Below are positions 25,074 through 36,315 of a stretch of 64,000 nt of DNA, one piece after another. Position 1 is the stretch's first letter, and every line of letters begins with the position of its first letter. The notes beneath the pieces were generated by a model. That model was not told the origin of the DNA and searched no databases. It was given only the letters and a program-made list of their open reading frames with translations. A program made the position numbers and the translations under genes. Source of the stretch: Eledone cirrhosa (taxonomy: Eukaryota); the NCBI GenBank assembly GCA_964016885.1, contig OZ024743.1, positions 3,038,001-3,102,000 on the forward strand, in the 5' to 3' direction.

Positions 25074-26030
25074 CTAGCAGAAGTACCCGGCGTTTCCTGG
25101 GTGTAAGTCGACCTTTGCTCTGTTAAAATGTGTGAAAGTTACTTCCCGCGCATCACAGGTGCACAAACCTTCGAACCTCAAGGAAAAAAAACAGAGGTTA
25201 GTAGACGCAGGTGTGTAATTGAGCATAAATAATGGATCAATTGTAAGTACACAGTGTATCTTTGAAATTGTTTTCTGCACGACTGACGGAAGTCAAATTC
25301 ACTTGAAATTGAATTTTCAGTTGATTTTTAAAGCAGGGTGAAAAAGTCGATTTTTTTCACATTTTTTTTTTTTTTTTTTTTTTTACAATTTTCGCGTACA
25401 CATGTACAGAAGAAGAAATAAAAGGGACTTTATTTGAACTGCAGCATAATGGCGAGTCTTTTGCGACAGTTTTAAAGAAAATCGGACGTTCCTGTAAAAA
25501 GTTTTCCCATGTGCAACTTTGCCTTGTTTTTTGTGCAAAGTCGGACCCCCGCTTCAGTTTTATTGATTTTTTACATGAATGCGTGACCTCTGAAGTAGAT
25601 TTGAGTAGCTAAAAACCTGTCCCGGTAAATTTGCTATAGGTGAAAGAAAGTTAATCAAAATTTGTGTCTTTGCAACAGCCTCAATATGTCTTCAAGTATG
25701 GTTTGTTAAATTTCATTGGAATCGGACAAATTTCGTAAATATCGATTTTTGCCTCTGGTGATCCAATTATCGATTTTTCGTAGCCCACGTTCATCCCCGG
25801 ATCAAAATACACACTTGCGTCGAGTTTCATCGAAATCGGATTTTTGAAAATATCGATTTTTGCTTCTGGGGAGCCGATTATCGAAAATTTCATGTCGCCT
25901 ATTTCAATCTACGGGTCGAGTTTTATATATGTGTCAACTTTCATGAAAATCGGATGAACGGTGTAGCCTGCAAGTTCGGGACACCAAACAAACAAACAAA
26001 CAACGCCCAACTTCACTTTATATATATAGA
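25074..26030 (-). mobile_element. Non-autonomous Helitron-like element
   Basis: Minus strand reads A|TCTATATATA ... hairpin acccagg-aaacg-ccgggt ... CTAG|T. Inserted between A and T with no TSD. Subterminal (CAAA)n. Confidence 0.75.
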
Positions 26031-26158
26031 TTGTTATACTTGGGGAGGGTCATATTGTTATAATAATATTGCCAGAAATAATAACAGAACACACTCACTA
26101 TGGAGATATAAAAGATGCAGAAGCGAAAACCAACCAAACAGTGAGTGTGTTCTGTTAC

Positions 26159-26191
<33 letters not shown>

Positions 26192-26233
26192 CTGAACATT
26201 TTAAAAATCTCTACGGGATTAAAATTGAATACT

Positions 26234-27098
26234 TCATCATCATCATCATCGATTAACATCTATCTTCCACACTAGCATGGGTAAGACGGGTTTGTCCCAT
26301 TTAGAGGCAATTTGGGTCAGGTGACCATGCCTCGCTCATATAGGAGAGTTTCTGGCTGGATGCCCTTCCTAATGCCAACCCATTGACAGTGTGTGCTGGG
26401 TGCTTTTTGTCATGTCACCTACACGACCACATTACATTGTGGCCTGGGCACTTTTTGTTGTGACACCTACATGACCGCTTTACAGTGTGGACTGGGCACC
26501 TTTGTCAGGCCATTGACACGGCCACTTTACAGTGGGGCCTGTGCACTTTTCTCTTGGGACTAGGGAAGGTGGAAGAAGCTTGGGGGAAAATGTGGACAGG
26601 ATAGTAGGGGAGGTATGATTACCGCTAAAGGAGATGAATGAAAGGAGATAGACAGTTGAGGAAGTTGTTTCCTACTAGGTATAAGCCTCAGCCTGAGAAC
26701 AATAGAGGATGGGTCTTCTGTAAAACTGCATAGCATCAGAGGTCGCGGTCTAATGCCATGGCCTTTGAGAAGTGTAATTGTGCAAGGTCAGCTTTTATTA
26801 CATCATCCCAAGTCTTCCTAGGCCTGCCCACACTATGGCTACCATCGACTTTGAGCGCTCTGCACCTTATTATACAGCTGTCACCCTTCATAAGCATCAC
26901 ATGTCCATACCAACGCAATCTCCTCTCCTGAATCCAACAACTGATCCCTCTTGTGCCTAATTTCTCACACAGTATATTTATACTTTGCTGTTCACGTATT
27001 GCTATTGCACATCCAGTGAAGCATGGAGGCTTAATTTCTTTCCAATCTTCACAGGTCCTCTGCACACTATGCCCAGGTCTCGCTGTTGTGCAACATTG
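26234..27098 (-). mobile_element. 5'-truncated RTE-type LINE 3' fragment
   Basis: ORF 26736-27065 has ERRLRWYGHV and GRPRKTW; (GAT)n tail present. Confidence 0.88.
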
Positions 27099-27103
27099 TT
27101 GTT

Positions 27104-27136
<33 letters not shown>

Positions 27137-27170
27137 AGATTTGAATGGATACAGTTTAGTTGAAAGGAAT

Positions 27171-27290
27171 TTATTGACACGTGTTTCTATAACAGTTACA
27201 TAACCTAAAACAGCTGCTATCTACAAACTTTTAGTTATGCAGACATTCAATATTTCAATGTTATTATTTACTGTCATTTCATCAGAATAA
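27171..27290 (-). ncRNA. Type I hammerhead ribozyme with long stem II (Penelope pLTR-like)
   Basis: Minus strand: ttatt-CTGATGA-a-atgacagt...actgttat-a-GAAA-cacgt-GTC-aataa. Stem I is ttatt/aataa, stem III is the palindrome acacgtgt, and the cleavage triplet is GUC. Confidence 0.7.
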
Positions 27291-27751
27291 TATTACTGAG
27301 GACCTATTTAGTTTTTATAGAGAATATTAGGAGGGAGGGGTGAAGTTGTTAGAAGAATAGCTGAAGGAGTGGTTTTTCGATAGCAGTGAGAATTCTTGGT
27401 GGCAGTGAGTAATTAGATTCCCATCTGTTGTTTTGACATTTTTTATAGAATATATTATTGGTTATTTTTCTAAATCTATAGAAGGATTAGAGATAGTAAA
27501 GATATGCGTGGTTGGTTTTGTGTTTGCACTTAATTAACATTCAGACTTAAATTTTTCTTTCAAGTGTACGTATCCTTTCACCCACGCATTCACAAACAAA
27601 TATATTTGCACACCTCTACAAAATACATATACTCACAATTCACATATTCATACTTACATATATATACACATGCATACACATATATATACACACATGTATT
27701 CATGTACATACATACGCGCTCATGTGTATACATTTTCATACTCAACTTATC

Positions 27752-29840
27752 TTGAAAACCAACAATTTATATGGTGTAGCAAGAGTTGCCTCCCTTGTTA
27801 TGACAATCACATCACCGCTCTCTAGACAGGAAGTAGCTGGAGTTACTTCCCGTTGGGATTCAGGAGGCGAGAGGGTGAGATCGCCCTGACCTGTCCCTTT
27901 TATAGGGTCTCCGGACGGAAGTGACAAAAAGGGTTCTGCCACCCCAACGGGAAGTAACTCCAGCTACTTCCTGTCTAGAGAGCGGTGATGTGATTGTCAT
28001 AACAAGGGAGGCAACTCTTGCCACCGGCAGCCTAAGAAGATGTTAACACCTCCAAGAGAAGATCTCTGTTCTTCTCCACACACTTCAGCCCAGGAGTTGT
28101 GACCAACGGGTAACCATTTATTTATATTAATCCATTTGACTTCTGTGAAGTAAAACCTTGTCACAACACACACCGGCATTTATTGTCATTTCCGATAATG
28201 CATATATGTACACCGATACTAATCTCCTAAAATGGTTTACCGAAGGTTCACAAATCCAGAGAAATCCAAAACAACATAAAAAGCAAAAATACATCATATG
28301 TTGAAGTACCAAAACCGACAGATCAAAAATTACGCCCAATTGTTGCCGGTCCAGCCTCAAGCAAACAACGTCTAAGCAACCTATTAGACATCATACTGAA
28401 ATCCTTATGTAAAAAAGTGTCAAGCTTCATCAAAGATGATATGGAATTCCTGAACTATATCCCCCAGAAAGTACACCAAGAAACAATTTTAGTCAGCTTT
28501 GACGTAACAAGCTTATATACTAAAATCCCACACGACTTAGGAGTTGAAGCTGTTGACTTACAAAACATCCAGACTACATTTCAAAGAGATTCCCCCAAAA
28601 AATTATTTTGGAAGGACTCAAACTAGTACTGGAGAACAATCACTTCCTTTTTGATAACGAACTATATTTACAAATAAAAGGAACGGCTATGGGTACCAAA
28701 GTGGCCCCAACATATGCAACACTCGTTATGGGCCACCTGGAGGCAAAATTACATTCCAAACTGCAGGAAACATTCAGTCATGACTTCGCCACCTACATTA
28801 ATCACAACTGGAAACGCTACCTAGACGACTGCTTCATCTTCTGGAATAGAAGCCAAAAAGACCTTCAAAGATTCCATTCCATCATAAACAATCTTCATGA
28901 AGAAATAAAATTTACCATGGAATGTAATAAAAAGGAACTACCGTTTCTGGATATCCTTGTCATTAAGGAAGGGGAAAATATCAAAACGAACTTATTTTAC
29001 AAACCAACGGACACACACCAATACTTGAATTTCCGTTCAGCACGCCCATCACATACCAAAAGGAACATTCCTTTTAGCATGGCAAGACGCATCTGCACCA
29101 TAGTGACACACCCCACACTACAGGAAAAAAGATTATATGAATTAAAAGAGTTCCTTAAGAGACAAGAATATCTGGTGAACCTCATCAACACAGCCATCTC
29201 CAAAGCCCAGAACATCCCAGTAACAACACTGAGAAAAACAAAGCAACAAAATAGAATGGAAAAAAACAGTTATCCCTTTTGTCATCACTCACAATCCAAG
29301 GAACTTCAACATTGTAAAAGCTGCCACTCAATATCTCCCGATTCTCCAGCAGTCCCCTAAAATGAATGCACACAAAAGGCGCACAAATTATATATAGTAG
29401 ACGCCAAGCACCCAACCTAAAGAAACTGCTTACCAAGGAAAAATTTACGTCTAATAATGAAGCAATGCAAGTTAAGAAATGCGGGGACCCTCGATGAGGA
29501 ACTTGCTAACTCATTGAAGAGTGTGGACAAATCTCCTTTAAAAACAACCAGTCTTTCACAGTTAATGCAAACATGAATTGCAAAACAAAAAACTTGATTT
29601 ACTGTGCAACCTGCCAACAATGTAAAGAATGCTACATTGGTGAAACCGGAACGGGTCTACATGACAGAGTTCGGGTACATAAACAACAAATTAGAGACCC
29701 TTTTGTCAGAAACATGCGGAAAGGGAAATTTCACAATTTTCCCCTTCTTTAAGATATGGTCGGACAACGAACACTTCCGAAAATATAAAGAAGAATTCTT
29801 TATTAGAAAATCCAAACCACTACTGAACACAAAAAAGTGA
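27752..29840 (+). mobile_element. Decayed Penelope-like element (RT + GIY-YIG), 5'-truncated and interrupted by a solo LTR
   Basis: NLYG|LPKVHK across the insertion, SFDVTSLYT, KGTAMGTKVAPTYA, RYLDD, LPFLD, and NLIYCATCQQCKECYIGETG near 29590-29655. Several frameshifts. Confidence 0.92.
27775..28231 (+). mobile_element. Solo LTR with an internal perfect 79-bp inverted repeat
   Basis: Starts TGTAGC. ATGG TSD at 27771-27774 and 28232-28235. Excision restores the Penelope codons aat tta tat ggt tta ccg aag gtt cac aaa. The 5' end resembles the LTRs of the 9606-11589 element. Confidence 0.8.
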
Positions 29841-30194
29841 TATTCCATCTTCAAGCAACGGGATTCTCCCCCTCTCTTTTCTTTAAAAAAATCTCATATT
29901 GAAAAAGAAAAATAGTTGATGACACCTGTACTTTCAAACATTCGATTGCTGAAGAGAAGAAAAACCCCCCAGAGGTACAATAACATTTCATTAGTTTCCC
30001 CTTCCCCACACCAATGTATATATGAACTTAAACACTTGAGTAGATGTGAATACATATATGTATGTACGGATGTGTTTTTTTTATATATGTGTCTGTAGGT
30101 ATACAGATATGTGTACATATGTGTGTGTGTATGTATGCATGTGCGTATGTGTGAGATAGATATGTGTATATATATGTATGTATGTGTGGATGTG

Positions 30195-30335
30195 AAATGA
30201 ACATTTACAACAATTACAACAACAACAACAGCGGCATCAAAACATAAAAAAAGGAAGGGAAAAGAAAAAAGAAAAGGGAAGGGGAAAAAAAAAAAGGAGA
30301 AAAAAAGAAAGGAAAAAAAAAAAACTCAAAATAAC

Positions 30336-30392
<57 letters not shown>

Positions 30393-30827
30393 CAGAACAA
30401 CAACATCAACTGCCACCACCACCACCACCGCCACCGCCGTCGCCATCACCATCACCAGCGACCTTAAGAACAACTTTAATAATAATTTTTCTGCTTTTGG
30501 CACGGATCCAGCGACTGGCCAGCGCATCACTGGTACTCTCTTTTGTTGACTCCGTGGAGAGCCATAACTCTATGCTGTAAAGCAATTATAGTAATACTGG
30601 ACTGTAATACGATCGGCTTCAACTATACAAACTCTTGAAAGTCAACAGTTGACATAATCTGGTAATCTTGTATCAGTAATGACGGTAATATATATATATA
30701 TATGTGTGTGTGTGCGTGTAAGTGAGTAGAGTAGCGTGTGTGTGTGTTTGTTGTGTGTGTGAGTGTTGCTGTGTGCACGCATATGTATGCGTGTGTGTGT
30801 ATGTCGTACGTATAAGTGTCAATAAGT

Positions 30828-30861
<34 letters not shown>

Positions 30862-33800
30862 GCGGGGACATAGAAATAATCGGGCTGGATGCCCGATCGC
30901 GCAGTTAAACCACTGGGAGTGAAGAACCCCTAGCCCATGTCAGGGTATTCTTCTAGGAGAAGGCATCTCAGGAAACTGGGTTAACTCCGATATAAAACCT
31001 GCGGCTCAGTAGTTACCGATGATGTTGATCTTTTCTTCTTTTCGGGTTATAGCTACTGTCGCTCAGAGAGTGGGATTGGTTCAGTGCACAGTCTTTCCTC
31101 ACTTTAAAAATATTCGTCACGCACAGGCATTGCACGAGTGCATTAATAATTATTAATAGTGTAGTATCATTATTATTATTATTATTATTATTACTATTAT
31201 TATTACTTTTTTTTTTTTTTTTTTTTTTCAATTCAATGATGTTCCAGAACAATGTAAACGAGATAATTGCCAATTTGGGTTCTGGAACAAAAGAGATCAT
31301 TGGCAATAAGGGCAGGGGCCCCAAGTTATCACAACCTGGGCCCGCCCGTCATCGTGCCATTGTAATAGAGCCAAACAGGGCATTTAGTCTTGGCTGCTGG
31401 AACGTACGGACGCTGCTTGACAGGGATTCTTTGGAGCGTCCTGAACGAAGGACCGCTCTTGTTGCGAAGGAGCTTCGACGTTACGATCTTGACATCGTGG
31501 CTTTGTCTGAGACGAGGTTAGCTGGAGATGGTCATCTTACGGAATTTTGTGGAGAATATACATTCTTCTGGAAAGGAAGAGATGAAGGAACCAGAAGAGA
31601 GGCTGGGGTAGGATTTGCTGTTAAGACTGTACTGGTGAATAAATTAGAAGAATTCCCAGTGGGGATTAGTGAGCGTCTTATGTCCATGAGAGTTCCGCTG
31701 GACAAGGGAAGATATGCTACCCTGGTGAGTGTGTATGCTCCAACTATGAATTCTGTCGATGAAGAAAAACTGTCCTTTTACCATGCCTTGAAAGGTGTTT
31801 TAAGAAATATCCCTCAGGCAGACAAAGTCATCGTGCTTGGTGACTTTAATGCTAGAGTGGGTAGGGATTTTAACACATGGAATGTAATCGGAAGGCATGG
31901 GGTGGGAAAGTGTAACAGCAATGGTATGCTCTTGCTGCAGATGTGTGAGGAGCTGGATCTGTGTGTTACCAACACCATGTTCCAACAAAAGAACAAATTC
32001 AAGACCACATGGATGCATCCTGCATCTAAGGAATGGCATCTTTTGGACTACGTCCTAGTCAGGATGCGTGACAGACAGGATGTGCAGTGTGTTCGTGTTC
32101 TTCGTGGAGCTGAGTGCTGGACGGACCACCGCCTGGTACGCGCAAAAGTGAATCTAATCACCAAACGTAAAATCCGGGCTCCTGGTGTTACCCTGCCCAA
32201 AAGATTGAATGCTGCTCGTCTTAAGGATAAAAATGTGAAGAGGACATTGGAAGAAGAGATGCAGGCTGCAGATCTTGGTGAGGATTGGCCGACCCTTAAA
32301 AAGTCGGTTTATGATGTAGGCAGACGTGTTCTGGGATTGGTGCAGAGAAAACATCAGGACTGGTTTGATGAGAAAGATGTGCATATAGATGACTTGTTGG
32401 CTGATAAGAGGCGCGCTCTGTCACGCTACTTGACGGCAAAACCACAGGAGAGGAATACGTTGCATGAGGAGCTCAGGGATGTAAAATCACGTGTTAGGCG
32501 GAGTCTTTCTCAGATGAAGGATCAGTGGTGGAGTGAGAAGGCTGGTGAGATACAAACTGCGTCTGATTGCAATAACACAAAGCTGTTGTACAGTCTCTTG
32601 CGTGAGGTTTATGGACCGTCTTCTTCTCTGGTGACACCGATTCGCAGCAAGGATGGCAGAGAACTTCTTCGTGACTCACAGGGAATTCTACGAAGGTGGC
32701 GAGAGCACTTTGATGATCTTTTGAATCAGCCGTCTGTCGTCAGTGAAGATTTCCTCAATCTCATTCCGGAAAGTCCTGTGAAAGTAGCTCTCGCAGAACC
32801 TCCGACACTTGTGGAGGTTGCAGTGGCTATTTCGAAGCTGAACAGTGGAAGATCTCCAGGTATGGATGGCATACATGCTGAGCTCCTACAATATGGTGGT
32901 GAGAGACTCCTGCAACATCTTCACTCTCTGTTTGGAAGGATATGGGCTAATGAATCCGTGCCTGAGGACTGGAGAGATGCAGTAATGGTGGTCTTGTACA
33001 AGGGAAAGGGTAACAGGAATGATTGTGGGAACTACAGAGGTATATCATTGCTTTCTGTCGTGGGGAAAGTTTTATGTAGGGTGCTTCTGGACCGTCTGCT
33101 GACACACATTGCAGATTGTGTCCTTCCTGAAAGCCAATCTGGTTTTCGTGTTGGACGCGGCACTACTGATATGATCTTCTCAGCTAGACAGCTCCAGGAG
33201 AAGTGCATTGAACAGGGCTTGGATCTGTATCAGGTTTTTGTCGATCTGACAAAGGCTTTCGATACTGTCAACAGAGATGCATTATGGAAGGTTCTCCAGA
33301 AACTTGGTTGCCCTGATAAGTTCCTTGCTTTAGTTAGGTCTTTCCATGACGACATGAAGGCTTGGGTTAATGTCGGAGGTAACATGTCGGAGCCTATCTC
33401 AGTAAAAAATGGAGTGAAACAGGGGGATATTCCAGCACCGACCCTGTTTGCCATATACTTTGCAATGGTTTTCTGTGTTGCATTCAGGAATTGCGAGCAT
33501 GGTGTTTACATCCGATATCGAACCTCAGGCAGCATATTTAACATCAGGCGCTTTGCTGCGAAGACAAAAGTATTTACATCAGTCATAAGAGACCTCTTGT
33601 ATGCAGATGATTGCGATCTTGTAGCGCACACAGAGAGTGATATGCAGCACATTTTGAATGTATTTTCTGACGCTTGCACTGCCCTGGGTTTGACTGTCAG
33701 TCTCAAGAAAACCGTCGTCATGTACCAACCTGCACCTGGTAGGCAGTACACTGAACCAAACATCTATGTGTATGGCAGACGACTTGGAGTGGTTGATCAG

Positions 33801-34789
33801 TTTGTCTACCTGGGAAGCACTGTCAATCGATACGGCAACCTTGACAGTGAAATCTCACTTAGGATTAGGAAAGCAAGTGATGCTTTCGGAAAGCTAGAAA
33901 GGCGACTCTGGGGTCGGCGAGACATTTGCAGGAGGACAAAGGTAAAGGTGTACAGGGCATGTGTACTCTCTTGTCTTCTTTATGCCTGCGAGACCTGGGT
34001 CACATATCGACGCCACCTTAAGCAATTGGAGCGTTTCCATCAGATGTGTCTCAGACGGATACATGGCGTTCGCTGGAGGGACCACATCAGTGATGTCGAG
34101 ATTTTGGAAAGCTCTATGTGTGACAGTATAGAAGCTCTTGTGCTTAAGCAGCGACTCCGTTGGAGTGGTCACCTTGCCAGGATGAAGGATTCTAGAATAC
34201 CAAAACAACTCTTCTATGGAGAGTTGGTTAAAGGAAAACGACCGCCACATAAACCAAAAAAGAGGTATAAGGATTCCTTGAAGGCCTCTCTGAAAGACGC
34301 TAACATCTCTGCTGATACATGGGAAAATATTGCTGCTGATCGTAATAAATGGAGAAAGACTGTATATGAGGGAAAAGTTGCCTTTGAGGCATCTCGAATC
34401 GCACACGAGAAAGTAAAGCGGGACGTGAGGAAGGGTATTGCTGTTGCACTTCCAGACGGCGAGGGTCCTCCTATGTTTCTGACATGCAGCGTCTGTGCGA
34501 GACTCTGCCTAAGCAAAGCTGGACTCGAAAGTCATCTTCGCAGTCATAAAGTAAGACCAGTGGTTGACTACCAGGCTGCTGTTGGAGATGCTACTCATCA
34601 TGCTTGCCAAACATGTGGTAGAGAATGTAAATCAGCAGGAGGACTCAAGCGACATGCAAAAGTACACGAACTCCAACCACAGCCGACTATTCCCAGTAAA
34701 TGTTTTGGTTGCCGACTCTGTGCAAGACATTTTAGATCATTGGCTGGGCTAAAAAGCCACATTCGATCGCAGCACTGTTAGTTGCTATC

Positions 34790-34833
<44 letters not shown>

Positions 34834-34912
34834 GCTTATGTGCGTGCGTGTGTGTGTATATATATATGAATATGTATATTATTATTGTTGTTGTCGTTAT
34901 TATTATTATTGC

Positions 34913-34961
<49 letters not shown>

Positions 34962-35152
34962 GTTATTAATGTATGTGTGTATATATGTGTGAGTGTATGT
35001 GTATGTATGTGTGTGTGTATATATGTATGTATGTGTATGTATGTGTGTGTGTATATATACGTGTATGTATATATATATGTATATATATGTGTGTATATAT
35101 ATATATATATATCTTTTCCCTTTTTTTTTTTTTTTTTTATTTTTTATTTTTT

Positions 35153-35236
<84 letters not shown>

Positions 35237-35275
35237 TGTGCAATGGCCATACTCGATAACGAGGGGGCAGCCATC
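30195..35275 (+). mobile_element. Full-length RTE-clade LINE with a 13-bp TSD
   Basis: atgtgtggatgtg at 30182-30194 and 35276-35288 brackets a ~1-kb 5' region, the intact ORF and a 3' UTR ending ggccatactcgataacgagggggcagccatc. Confidence 0.82.
31236..34781 (+). CDS. RTE LINE ORF: APE endonuclease + reverse transcriptase + three C-terminal C2H2 zinc fingers (1181 aa, uninterrupted)
   Basis: WNVRTL, ALSETR, GDFNARVG, LDYVLV and TDHRLV (EN); FVDLTKAFD, GVKQG and LYADD (RT); three CxxC-x12-Hx3-4H motifs at the C-terminus. Confidence 0.96.
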   Translation: MMFQNNVNEIIANLGSGTKEIIGNKGRGPKLSQPGPARHRAIVIEPNRAFSLGCWNVRTLLDRDSLERPERRTALVAKELRRYDLDIVALSETRLAGDGHLTEFCGEYTFFWKGRDEGTRREAGVGFAVKTVLVNKLEEFPVGISERLMSMRVPLDKGRYATLVSVYAPTMNSVDEEKLSFYHALKGVLRNIPQADKVIVLGDFNARVGRDFNTWNVIGRHGVGKCNSNGMLLLQMCEELDLCVTNTMFQQKNKFKTTWMHPASKEWHLLDYVLVRMRDRQDVQCVRVLRGAECWTDHRLVRAKVNLITKRKIRAPGVTLPKRLNAARLKDKNVKRTLEEEMQAADLGEDWPTLKKSVYDVGRRVLGLVQRKHQDWFDEKDVHIDDLLADKRRALSRYLTAKPQERNTLHEELRDVKSRVRRSLSQMKDQWWSEKAGEIQTASDCNNTKLLYSLLREVYGPSSSLVTPIRSKDGRELLRDSQGILRRWREHFDDLLNQPSVVSEDFLNLIPESPVKVALAEPPTLVEVAVAISKLNSGRSPGMDGIHAELLQYGGERLLQHLHSLFGRIWANESVPEDWRDAVMVVLYKGKGNRNDCGNYRGISLLSVVGKVLCRVLLDRLLTHIADCVLPESQSGFRVGRGTTDMIFSARQLQEKCIEQGLDLYQVFVDLTKAFDTVNRDALWKVLQKLGCPDKFLALVRSFHDDMKAWVNVGGNMSEPISVKNGVKQGDIPAPTLFAIYFAMVFCVAFRNCEHGVYIRYRTSGSIFNIRRFAAKTKVFTSVIRDLLYADDCDLVAHTESDMQHILNVFSDACTALGLTVSLKKTVVMYQPAPGRQYTEPNIYVYGRRLGVVDQFVYLGSTVNRYGNLDSEISLRIRKASDAFGKLERRLWGRRDICRRTKVKVYRACVLSCLLYACETWVTYRRHLKQLERFHQMCLRRIHGVRWRDHISDVEILESSMCDSIEALVLKQRLRWSGHLARMKDSRIPKQLFYGELVKGKRPPHKPKKRYKDSLKASLKDANISADTWENIAADRNKWRKTVYEGKVAFEASRIAHEKVKRDVRKGIAVALPDGEGPPMFLTCSVCARLCLSKAGLESHLRSHKVRPVVDYQAAVGDATHHACQTCGRECKSAGGLKRHAKVHELQPQPTIPSKCFGCRLCARHFRSLAGLKSHIRSQHC

Positions 35276-35524
35276 ATGTGTGGATGTGTATAATATATTT
35301 ATATGTATATATATGTAGTATATATATATATGTATATGTAAAATATATATATATATGTAGGAGGTATAAAATGTGTATATATGGAATATATATGTATGTA
35401 TGTATATAAAATGTGTGGAATATATATATATGTATATATATGTATATGTATATATATATGTGTGTATGTATATGTGTGTGTGTATATATGTGTGTATGTA
35501 TGTATAAAATATATGTGTGTGTAT

Positions 35525-35559
<35 letters not shown>

Positions 35560-35632
35560 GAGCGGAACAAGCAAACATTAAACAATCTTTTAAATAAATT
35601 AAAATACGATTTAAATATTCACCTGCTCTAAT

Positions 35633-35711
35633 GCTGTTACCGACGGTTTCGCTTATCAAAAGATTGGAAATTCAGAGAATTTCCAATGGAAAGATCAGCT
35701 CTTCAGACAGC
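35633..35711 (-). ncRNA. Type I hammerhead ribozyme
   Basis: Minus strand: gctgt-CTGAAGA-gctgatc..attggaaattc-tct-gaatttccaat..gataagc-GAAA-ccgtcg-GTA-acagc. All core nucleotides and three stems are present; triplet GUA. Confidence 0.78.
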
Positions 35712-35745
35712 TATTTCCATTCTATAATATATATATGTGTGTGTA

Positions 35746-36056
35746 TCATCATCACCGTTTTACGTCCGTTCTTCCATGCTAGCATGGGTTAGACGGGTTG
35801 TCCTTTGTGAGGTCGCTGACAACTAAGCTATGTTGGGAGGTACATTCCTCACTAGGGAAGACTTTTGTGTTTACGACCGTCCATCTGTCACATCCTCTGA
35901 TGAGGATAAAATCTATCTGACTAGAATGCTCCCCTGATTTATAGGTGATCAGGTGGTTGTCGGGTTTTTTGAAGTTTGTGTTACATATTGACATGTCATT
36001 GGCGTCGCAGAATTCTAGAAGTCTGAATCCTTCTTCATTTCTGAATCCTTCTCATT
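35746..36056 (-). mobile_element. Internally deleted RTE copy: endonuclease fragment fused to the 3' tail
   Basis: ORF 35779-35994 (CNTNFKK, SQIDFIL, QHSLVVSD) runs straight into the ~60-nt family terminus and the (GAT)n tail. Confidence 0.78.
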
Positions 36057-36315
36057 TGTGTATATATGTGGGATATATATATAATATGTATATAGGATGT
36101 ATATGATATATGTGTAGGATATATGTGTGGTATATGTATAGGATATATATAGTGTGTATATAAAATGTATGTATGGTATATCTGTAAAAAATATATATAT
36201 GGTGTGTGTATAGGATATATATGTATGTAGAAAATATATGTGTGTATATGTGGTGTGTATATATATGTATGTGTATGAAATATATGTATATGTATGCATA
36301 GGAGATATATATATA

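Noticed and set aside
34480-34781. RTE zinc fingers as the source of the C2H2 gene at 60403
   Set aside because: Linkers and finger signatures differ (no TGEKP, long spacers); no visible sequence relationship.
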